A stretch of 9,643 bases of DNA from Octopus sinensis (lineage: Eukaryota), in assembly GCF_006345805.1 (NCBI RefSeq), contig NW_021827882.1, positions 1 to 9,643 of the forward strand. Reading direction: 5' to 3'. Of the stretch, positions 1-8,065 are shown in pieces; the first letter of the stretch is position 1, and every line of letters starts with the position of its first letter. The translations under genes were made by a program, and so were the position numbers. The notes under the pieces were generated by a model. It was not told where the DNA came from. It searched no databases and saw only the letters and a program-made list of their open reading frames with translations.

Positions 1-12
1 TACATATATGAT

Positions 13-59
<47 letters not shown>

Positions 60-138
60 AACTATATGTATATGTTTATATATCAACGCACACACACACA
101 CACACACACATATATATGTATATATGTATTTATATGTG
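1..138. repeat. Compound (TA)n/(CA)n microsatellite
   Basis: Direct reading: TA dinucleotide run at 1-60, (CA)n at ~88-110, then degenerate TA/TG. Confidence 0.97.
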
Positions 139-741
139 TAGTGCTACTGGTAACATGTAACCCAGTACAACCTGTTGCATGGTCGGGTCGTCGGCGTCTA
201 AACCGGCAACCCCACCAGGTTTGCTTGGTGAGGAGGGTATTTATTGGACACCCTGCGGGATAAAAAACAAAACCCGTCAAAGGGCGGAGGAACTCTTGAG
301 AGTCAACGGCCATCCAATAAATGTCATGCACGAGGACCTAGAAATACCTGGTATGGTGCCCAGGGGCGCAGAAAGCCTACCAGGGTGGATCAGACCCTTT
401 AGTTTTGACTTCCACAACTGACCTAGGAGATGGAACACTCTTACAAGAAAATCCTGCGATCGTTTTATCATCTGACGTGTGGCACACCGTGCACCTGTGC
501 AGACCATGTTAATTCGATGGAGAGAGTGTGCTTTGTTCAGCACAAGCAATGACCACTTTAAACAAGTCAAAGTGCCGGTTGTTCAGTAAACCATTTTCAC
601 TCATTAACACCTGAGGTTTGGCGCATCGATGTGTGCTTTTTTTTTTTTTTTTGAAGATACACATGCAGTGTCACAGGGCTTGGGAGTTGTTGAAGGTTAT
701 TTGCTGAACCCTCATTCATCGTCTTCGATGAGAGAATCTAC
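139..741 (+). mobile_element. Unclassified GC-richer interspersed element, possibly derived from an RTE-clade LINE 5' UTR
   Basis: An island of higher GC between two TA arrays, with several short hairpins, an internal T16 run (637-652) and no credible ORF. The segment CAACTGACCTAGGAGATGGAACACTC (415-440) resembles a motif I associate from memory with RTE 5' UTRs (CAACCAGTCTAGGAGAAGGAAAACTC). Family assignment is unverified. Confidence 0.35.
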
Positions 742-743
742 CA

Positions 744-794
<51 letters not shown>
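742..794. repeat. (TA)n microsatellite
   Basis: Near-pure TA run. Confidence 0.97.
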
Positions 795-796
<2 letters not shown>

Positions 797-1197
797 ACTT
801 TTACTCTTTTACTTGTTTCAATCATTTGACTGCGGCCATGCTGGAGCACCGCCTTAATCGAGCAACTCGACCCCGGGACTTATTCTTTGTAAGCCCAGTA
901 CTTATTCTATCTATCGGTCTTTTTTGCCGAACCGCTAAGTAACGGGACATAAACACCCAGCATCGGTTGTCAAGCAATGCTAGGGGGACAAACACAGACC
1001 ACAACCACACACACCGCATATACTATATATACATATATACGACGGGCTTCTTTCAGTTTCCGTCTACCAAATCCACTCACAAGGCTTTGGTTGGCCCGAG
1101 GCTATAGTAGAAGACACTTGCCCAAGGTGCCACGCAGTGGGACTGAACCCAGAACCACGTGGTTGGTAAACAAGCTACTTACCACACGGCCACTCCT
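795..1197 (-). mobile_element. tRNA-derived SINE, family A, full length
   Basis: On the minus strand: A-box-like TGGCCGTGTGG (1192-1182), B-box-like GGTTCAGTCCC (1149-1139), central block GCCTTGTGAGTGGATTTGGTAGACGGAAACTGAAAGAAGCCCGTC, internal microsatellite, and a tail ending GAAACAAGTAAAAGAGTAAAAG. Clearly homologous to the copies at 3160, 5430, 6007 and 9381. Confidence 0.93.
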
Positions 1198-1274
1198 ATA
1201 TATACATGTATATATGTATATGCATATATGTACAGATACGTATATATATACACACATATACACATATATATATA

Positions 1275-1312
<38 letters not shown>

Positions 1313-1315
1313 TAC
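1198..1315. repeat. Degenerate (TA)n/(CA)n microsatellite
   Basis: Direct reading. Confidence 0.95.
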
Positions 1316-1379
1316 TAGCAGTATCGTTCATAACCGGGGTCCAGAACTCTCGTGGGGAAAACATTTCGCTAACGGAACG

Positions 1380-1590
1380 CCGGTCTGTAGTCAGAAATTT
1401 TCGAGGGAGAAGACAAATTGATTACATCAACCCGTATACTTACAAGAATGGTACTTAATTTCATTGAACCATGCAGAAATGGAAGGAAAGTTGAATTCGG
1501 CGGGATTTCAACTCAGAACGTAAAGAACCGGTAGAAATGCTGCTAAATATCTTGTTCGACATTTTAATGATTCTACCAGATTGCCGCTTC
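1380..1590 (-). mobile_element. tRNA-derived SINE, family B (CORE-like centre), old diverged copy
   Basis: The reverse complement reads GAAGCGGCAATCTGGTAGAATC...TTTACGTTCTGAGTTGAAATCCCGCCGAATTCAACTTTCCTTCCAT...AAATTAAGTACC...GGGTTGATGTAATCAAT. This is collinear with the younger copy at 6718-6956 but has a different 3' tail. Confidence 0.8.
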
Positions 1591-2280
1591 ATGTGGCTTC
1601 CGCCATATTTACTCTTATGTGAAAACCAACTGTAGCGTTCGACAAAAAACATCTAACTCAATATTTGGAGCGAATGTCTTTTATTCCGCGTTGCATGCTG
1701 CCACATTTTCAACTGTTTGTAACACGATTATGCTGGATATATTTAAATGGGACTTCTGAAACGTGATGAAACTTGGAAATGGTTGCCATAATATACGTGA
1801 AAAACTTTTTCTTGCATTTCTACGTATTTTGTTGTGGAAATATTATGGGAAGAAAAAATCATGTCGATATCAATCAAAACAAACAACAACAAAAGATGAA
1901 AGAAAAGGAGTTCATTAAAAATAGTTTATCTCTCATGGCTATTGTGTAACCAGCAAATTGATGAGAAGTTTTCCAGTTGTAAATTTATTCACAGTCAAAA
2001 TGTTACAAACTATTAACAATAACAAAAGAAAATAATAACAATAAAAAGTTTATTTGTAGATTGACCTGACATTTGAACTATGTTCAGCTTGATAACAGCT
2101 GCCGCTTCTACTGCTTTAACGGCCAAACTGATAAATATACAAAATAAATACATCATATCGTATTGCAACTAAATTTAAGGAAGCCAGACTGTTTACTGTT
2201 AATATTGGGGACGGTAAGGGACATTAGGGGACGGCAAGGAGCTTTTGTTACGATGTAATTGTTTCTAAATACTCCGCCAT

Positions 2281-2302
2281 GTATGTATGAGTGTATATAC
2301 AC

Positions 2303-2371
<69 letters not shown>

Positions 2372-2378
2372 TGTTGTT
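2281..2378. repeat. Compound (TACA)n/(TA)n/(TG)n microsatellite
   Basis: Direct reading. Confidence 0.95.
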
Positions 2379-2559
2379 GTAAAGTGAGATGCTTCCTATT
2401 CGTATAAATTGAAACATGTAGAAGAAGAAAGGGAACGAGTTTTGTAACAAACATTGTGGTTTGTATTATCTCTCATAGCAACGATGTGAACTCAAAATGG
2501 TTTCAAGTGACATCAGGGCTTCTTTTTCTCTATTGGTTCCTTTCTTGCTCTCACTCGCT

Positions 2560-2572
2560 ATACACACACGTG

Positions 2573-2647
<75 letters not shown>

Positions 2648-2715
2648 GTATATATATGTATGTATATATGTATATAATATATATACACACATATGTATGT
2701 ATGTATGTATGTATT
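2560..2715. repeat. Compound (TA)n/(TATG)n microsatellite
   Basis: Direct reading. Confidence 0.95.
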
Positions 2716-3065
2716 GTTATGGCGTCGTAGTTGTTCCTTTGTCCTCCCGCTGCCTAGAGTAACCTCCCTTTCTCACCCGCTACAAACTCGTCTGTTTGTC
2801 TTTATCTTCTGACCCTATCCCCAAAGACTATCCCCAATGTTCTTCATAATTTCTTCAGCTAATCGTTCGTCACCATTCCTTCATTATCTTTGTTATTTCC
2901 TATACTCTTTGCCCTCACCCCCACCCAAATAACAGGCTGTGTTAATACTTCCCCCCAAATATTGTTCTCATTTACTAATTTTCTTGACCTTTAAGAATTC
3001 ACATGTATCTAAAGACTTGTCAGTGAAAGACCTTTAATTCTGTTGTATCTTTAAATATTTTTAGG

Positions 3066-3068
<3 letters not shown>

Positions 3069-3158
<90 letters not shown>

Positions 3159-3159
3159 T
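3069..3159. repeat. (TA)n microsatellite, ~90 bp
   Basis: Direct reading. Confidence 0.97.
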
Positions 3160-3551
3160 GGCATGGCTGTGTGGTAAGAAGCTTGCTTCCCAAACACATC
3201 GCTCAGGGTTCAGTCTCACTGCGTGGCACCTTGCGCAAGTGTTTTCTACTATGGCCTCGGGCCGACCAAAGCCTTCTGATTGGATTTGGTGGACGGAAAC
3301 TGAAAGAAGCCCGTTGTTTACATATATGTATCTATCTATGTGTGTCTTTTTGCTTGCGTTTGTCCTCCCACAACCGCTTGACAACCGGTGCTCGTGTGTT
3401 TACATCCCCGTAACTTAGCACAAAAGATCGATATAATAAGTACCAGACTTAATAATAAGTATTGAGCTCCATTCTTTCAACAAAAATTCCTCAAGGTTGT
3501 GCCCCAGCATGGTCGCAGTCTAATGACTGAAATATGTAAAAGATAAAAGAT
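3160..3551 (+). mobile_element. tRNA-derived SINE, family A, full length, more diverged
   Basis: Head GGCATGGCTGTGTGGTAAGAAGC...GGGTTCAGTCTCACTGCGTGGCACCTTG, central GGCCGACCAAAGCC...GGACGGAAACTGAAAGAAGCCCGT, tail CCCCAGCATGGTCGCAGTC...GTAAAAGATAAAAGA. Collinear with the reverse complement of 795-1197. Confidence 0.92.
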
Positions 3552-3701
3552 ATATATATATATATGTATGTATGTATGTATGTATATATGTATGTATGTA
3601 TATATATATAGTATAATATATATATATTATATATCTACATATACATATACACATATATATATATGGACATATATTCATACATATATATTTATAGTTATAT
3701 A

Positions 3702-3745
<44 letters not shown>

Positions 3746-3750
3746 ATATA
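3552..3750. repeat. Degenerate (TA)n/(TATG)n microsatellite
   Basis: Direct reading. Confidence 0.95.
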
Positions 3751-3900
3751 TTTGGTGAAATAGAAAGATGAATATCTTGTGCAGATTAATCAAAAGTTTA
3801 ACCGATACCTTGGTAGCAAAAATCACAGCAGAAGAAAGCACGGTTGGGGTACAACCATATGGTGTTGCAACCGTGCGTTGGTGCGGATAATTGAATTTTA

Positions 3901-4049
3901 ATATTATTAGTGAATTGAAGAAATGGAGTTGAACGAAGATTGAACAGAAATCCTTTTATTGCATTCTATTGCATTCTATTGTAGAATGCAATAAAAGGAT
4001 TTCTGTTCAATCTTCGTTCAACTCCATTTCTTCAATTCACTAATAATAT
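3901..4049. repeat. Perfect inverted repeat: 68-bp arms, 13-nt spacer
   Basis: 3901-3968 is the exact reverse complement of 3982-4049 (checked base by base). The spacer TTGCATTCTATTG is a 10-nt tandem duplication of the arm end plus TTG. Confidence 0.97.
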
Positions 4050-4147
4050 ATATATATATATATCACATCAAGGAACGGCCATAATAGGCCATTCACCCAC
4101 TAGAATAACAGCCAAAGCTTCAACCGCAAAATAACATTAATTCCGTA

Positions 4148-4230
4148 AATATATATATATATATATAATATATATATACTTATATATATGTATACATACA
4201 TACATACATATATATATATATACACACACA
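4148..4230. repeat. (TA)n/(TACA)n microsatellite
   Basis: Direct reading. Confidence 0.95.
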
Positions 4231-4725
4231 CTTATTATTTTCCACATTTCTTCAAGACGGCAACAATCTCCAAGAATACAATCGTTCAAAAAATGTCGCA
4301 GAACCTTCAATCCACAATCAGCGCTTGTATAATTTCCATGAAAGGCAAAACTCTGAATTGCCAAACCTCGATCTATATCTTAGACAAATTTACAATCAAA
4401 AATATCAAATAGCGGCACTTATCAATAATGAATAAATTTCTCTATTTTAAATGTGTTGAGTTCCCAAAACAATACAGTAAGACACCGTCTTGTATGTATT
4501 GTTATATTTTCACAGTGTCTCTATTTTTATATTTAATGACACAAATAAAAATGTGAGACTGCGTCTGTTGAATTACAGGAATAAAAGAAAGAAGTGTCCT
4601 TGAGAAATATCTGTGCTACACTGAAGGTTTTTTTTTCTGAATCCCTGAAAGGAAAAAGAATAGAATTTTAATGGAGAATGAATTGCTCATTCCTGTATGA
4701 ACAGCGCTGAATAGAAACTGTTATT

Positions 4726-5114
4726 TCTTCTCTAGCACTCCGTCGGTTACGACGATGAGGGTTCCGGTTGATCCGAATCAACGGAACAGCCTGCTCGTGA
4801 AATTAACGTGTAAGTGGCTGAGCACTCCACAGACACGTGTACCCTTAACGTAGTTCTCGGGGTTATTCAGCGTGACACAGAGAGTGACAAGGCCGGCCCT
4901 TTGAAATACAGGTACAACAGAAACAGGAAGTAAGAGTGAGAGAAAGTTGTGGTGAAAGAGTACAGCAGGTATCACCACCATCCCCTGCCGGAGCCTCGTG
5001 GAGCTTTAGGTGTTTTCGCTCAATAAACACTCACAACGCCCGGTCTGGGAATCGAAACCGCGATCCTATGACCGCGAGTCCGCTGCCCTAACCACTGGGC
5101 CATTGTGCCTCCAC
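4726..5114 (-). mobile_element. tRNA-derived SINE, family C, full length with 13-bp TSD
   Basis: Perfect flanking direct repeat AGAAACTGTTATT at 4713-4725 and 5115-5127. The minus-strand head has A box TGGCCCAGTGG (5102-5092), an intact D-stem GCCC/GGGC and B-box-like GGTTTCGATTCC (5059-5048). The anticodon region CTCGCGG is loosely Arg(TCG)-like (inference). Confidence 0.93.
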
Positions 5115-5387
5115 AGAAACTGTTATTATGAAGTGTTTAAAAGGAAGTTTTAATAGCTACGGTTGAATATTATTACGCGAATCTCAGATGAATGGTGAGA
5201 AGCAAATCAATATCGGCCTAAATTTTCGGATGATCTTCTGTTATATGATTCTGATATCGATGTTTTTGTGATTCAAAGTAAAATTGAGAGATATATCCAG
5301 TTCTTCATGTGCATTCTGTCTGTACAAACCATAGGCACATAGAAAGACATTAAAAAAAAAAACATACATAACGAAAATATTAGCATT

Positions 5388-5427
5388 ACAGGTGTAGCTG
5401 CGTGGTAAGAAGTTTGCTTCACAACCA
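5388..5427 (+). mobile_element. SINE-A 5' head fragment (duplicated at 5965-6004)
   Basis: ACAGGTGTAGCTGCGTGGTAAGAAGTTTGCTTCACAACCA aligns to the family A head (A-box region) and stops where the minus-strand SINE tail begins. Confidence 0.7.
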
Positions 5428-5429
5428 TA

Positions 5430-5846
5430 TACTCTTTTACTCTCTTACTTGTTTCAGTCATTTGACTGCGGCCATGCTGGAGCACCGCCTCTAGTCGAGC
5501 AAATCGACCCCCCAGGGACTTATTCTTTGTAAGCCCAGTACTTATTCTATCGGTCTCTTATGCCGAACCGCTAAGTGACGGGGACGTAAACACACCAGCA
5601 TCGGTTGTCAAGCGATGTTGGGGGGACAAACACAGACGCACACATATATACACGCAAACCTATATATATATATATATATACGACTGGCTTCATTCAGTTT
5701 CCGTCTACCAAATTCACTCATGAGGCTTTGGTCGGCCCGAGGCTATAGCAGAAGACACTTGCCCAAGATGCCACGCAGCGGGACTGAACCCGGAACCATG
5801 TGGTTGGTTAGCAAGCTACTTACCACACAGCCACTCCTGCGCCTAT
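5430..5846 (-). mobile_element. tRNA-derived SINE, family A, full length (S1, apparently chimeric)
   Basis: Same head, centre, microsatellite and tail organisation. The 5' end reads ATAGGCGCAGGAGTGGCTGTGTGG on the minus strand. Confidence 0.93.
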
Positions 5847-6006
5847 CCAGATGAGATATATCCTATAAGATATATCCAGATCTTCATGTGCATTCTGTCT
5901 GTACAAACCATAGGCACATAGAAAGACATTAAAAAAAAACATACATAACGAAAATATTAGCATTACAGGTGTAGCTGCGTGGTAAGAAGTTTGCTTCACA
6001 ACCATA

Positions 6007-6225
6007 TACTCTTTTACTCTTTTACTTGTTTCAGTCATTTGACTGCGGCCATGCTGGAGCACCGCCTCTAGTCGAGCAAATCGCCCCCCCCAGGACTTAT
6101 TCTTTGAAAGCCTAGTACTTATTCTATCGGCCTCTTTTGCTGAACTGCTAAGTTACGGGGACGTAAACACACCAGCATCGGTTGTCAAGCGATGTTGGGG
6201 GAACAAACACAGACACACAAACACA

Positions 6226-6279
<54 letters not shown>

Positions 6280-6447
6280 CACGAAGGGCTTCTTCCAGTT
6301 TCCGTCTACCAAATCCACTCGCAAGGCTTTGATCGGCCCGAGGCTATAGTAGAAGACACTTGCCCAAGGTGCTACGCAGAGTGACTGAACCCAGAACCAT
6401 GTGGTTCGTAAGCAAGCTACTTACCACACAGCCACTCCTGCGCCTAT
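6007..6447 (-). mobile_element. tRNA-derived SINE, family A, full length (S2) with expanded internal (AC)n(AT)n
   Basis: Same organisation, with an internal microsatellite at ~6206-6281. Confidence 0.93.
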
Positions 6448-6717
6448 ATATGAGAAACATTTGACAAAAACCCTGTAAAAGGAAAACCGATAAAAATACA
6501 ACATACGGTAAACTAGACGAAAACATAACAAAAAAAAACTAGACTAAAAGACGATGCACAGAACATTCGCATCACACACGTAAATATCGAACAATGGGAA
6601 TGTGTGCTCAATACTACGTCGATGGATATAGATTCTTAGTTTGTAGATTAAGGCTACCATTGGTTTCATGTTAAAGGACCCCCCAAGCCGCTCACATGGA
6701 ACGGCGGTATTTCGTCT

Positions 6718-6956
6718 CCAAGGACGGCGGCAAGCTGGCAGAAACCTTAGCATGCCGGGCGAAATGCGTAGCCGTATTTCGTCTGTCGTTACGTTGTGAG
6801 TTCAAATTCCGCCGAGGTCGACTTTGCCTTTCATCCTTTCGGGGTCGATAAATTAAGTATCAGTTACGCACTGGGGTCGATGTAATCGACTTAATACCTA
6901 CGTCTGTCCTTGCTTGTCCCTTCTATGTTTAGCTCTTTGTGGGTAATAAAGAAATA
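6718..6956 (+). mobile_element. tRNA-derived SINE, family B (CORE-like centre), full length with candidate 12-bp TSD
   Basis: Head GGCGGCAAGCTGGCAGAAACCTTAG, B box GAGTTCAAATTCC (6798-6810), centre GCCTTTCATCCTTTCGGGGTCGATAAATTAAGTA (CORE-like by my recollection), tail AATAAAGAAATA. GGTATTTCGTCT flanks it at 6706-6717 and 6957-6968. Confidence 0.88.
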
Positions 6957-6999
6957 GGTATTTCGTCTGCAAAATGGAAGTGGTAGGTGGTGTGTGGTG

Positions 7000-7397
7000 A
7001 TTGTCTGCTGAGTGTTCACCATGGCAACGCGTTGGCTCACAACATCCTGAGCATCCGGCAGATTCTTGCCGAGAAAAAAAATGAACATAGGCTGTGGGCT
7101 GTGCTGCAACAACCTCACTACTGACCCGATGTGCCTCTGTGTGGTTTTCATATTTTCCCTAAGCTCAAGGGGTCTTGTTTTCTGATGTGGAAGCCATCAA
7201 GAGGGCCTCGATGATGGAGTTGCGGAGAATTCCGGGAGAATCTTTCCAGGAGTGCATGAAAACGTCCCTGAGAAGAATGGGAAAGTGCATTAGACTCGAG
7301 GAGTATTAATTATTTCGAAAGGAAAACACTTGTATTTTATACTCTGGATTTGGCATAAATTTTTTGTGACCAAGTCATGTTTACCTTATGACACACC
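7000..7397 (+). mobile_element. Mariner (DD34D-like) DNA transposon remnant: transposase C-terminus and decayed right TIR
   Basis: Frameshifted translation gives HHGNALAHNILSIRQILAEK / AVLQQPHY / CGFHIFPKLKG / FSDVEAIKRASMMELRRIPGESFQECMKTSLRRMGKCIRLEEY. This matches the mariner pattern HHDNAPAH...PPYSPDLAPCDFFLFPKLK...W..R..KCI...G.YFE. The TIR-like end GTGACCAAGTCATGTTTACCTTATGACACACC merges into a CA array. Confidence 0.88.
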
Positions 7398-7404
7398 ACA
7401 CACA

Positions 7405-7435
<31 letters not shown>

Positions 7436-7450
7436 TACACACACAAACAT

Positions 7451-7482
<32 letters not shown>

Positions 7483-7525
7483 GAAAGAGAGAGAGAGAGA
7501 GGGAGAGAGAAAAAGAGGAAGAGGA
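7391..7525. repeat. (CA)n followed by (GA)n microsatellite
   Basis: Direct reading. Confidence 0.95.
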
Positions 7526-7595
7526 GTGACAGATATTTCTACATATAAAAGTACGCACAAAAAAGTTCCATTATCGGATATGTACAAATAAATGC

Positions 7596-7662
7596 GAGTG
7601 TGTTTATGTGTGTGTGTGAGTGAGTGTGTGTGTGTGTGTGTGTGTTTGTGTTTTGTATGTGT
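7596..7662. repeat. (TG)n microsatellite
   Basis: Direct reading. Confidence 0.95.
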
Positions 7663-8065
7663 TTCTAACTGTAAGGATATGAGCGTGATGGCATATGTGT
7701 GTATCGATTTAGATAACTATCTTTGCATTGATCAGTTACTATCAGATAAGATTAAATACATTCTCTGTATGACTGAATATCGCCACCTGTCTAGTGAATA
7801 TCCTATATAATTTTCATTTTCACTAAATATTTATTAACCTATTCAACAAAGGATTTAATGTTTTAGCTCTATTCTACTGCGTGGGTGGTCTTTGTGGCGT
7901 TTAAAAGTTAATATGTGTATTATGATACATACATATACCGGGTGTCCGGGCTAAATTTGACAGTTTGCATAAAAGGAAATGGAATCACGTTATTCCATTT
8001 CAAAGTAAAAGTATTTTTAGAAAATCAAATGGTGTCAAATAGAATTTCGCCAAAAGTCTATTTTC

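Larger units (their letters stand above)
5289..6083. repeat. Direct duplication, ~218 bp, ~99% identical (5289-5506 and 5868-6083)
   Basis: Manual alignment shows 2 substitutions (5301/5880, 5444/6021) and an A11 versus A9 run difference. It covers unique flank, a SINE-A head fragment and the first ~76 bp of a SINE-A tail. Confidence 0.95.

Noticed and set aside
2066-2127. Possible minus-strand micro-exon (acceptor TTTATCAG, open frame LAVKAVEAAAVIKLNIVQMS)
   Set aside because: The donor GTCAAT is weak, there is no recognisable homology and no partner exon. RNA-seq junction reads would be needed.
2204-2240. Two 20-bp-period copies of GGGGACGG(T/C)AAGG, possible G-quadruplex
   Set aside because: Only three runs of three or more G; a short local duplication explains it.
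4579-4626. Possible 48-nt plus-strand exon (IKERSVLEKYLCYTE) between TTACAG and GTTTTT
   Set aside because: The donor is poor and such short open frames arise by chance; no supporting evidence.
5040-5114. tRNA gene call for the SINE-C head
   Set aside because: The D-arm is intact but the acceptor, anticodon and T stems do not pair, and it continues into a SINE body bounded by a TSD.
5180-5365. Strong-looking minus-strand splice acceptor (T-run...TTTGTACAG) near 5322
   Set aside because: All three downstream frames hit stops before a plausible donor.
7391-7662. (CA)n and (TG)n arrays forming an apparent inverted repeat
   Set aside because: Low-complexity complementarity is expected by chance at this microsatellite density.
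66-7810. The many 60-113 aa ORFs in the supplied track (YIYIYI, HTHTHT, VCVCVC and SINE-derived ORFs such as 5273-5485 and 5820-6062)
   Set aside because: They are stop-free read-throughs of dinucleotide repeats or SINE sequence, with no domain-like content or gene structure.
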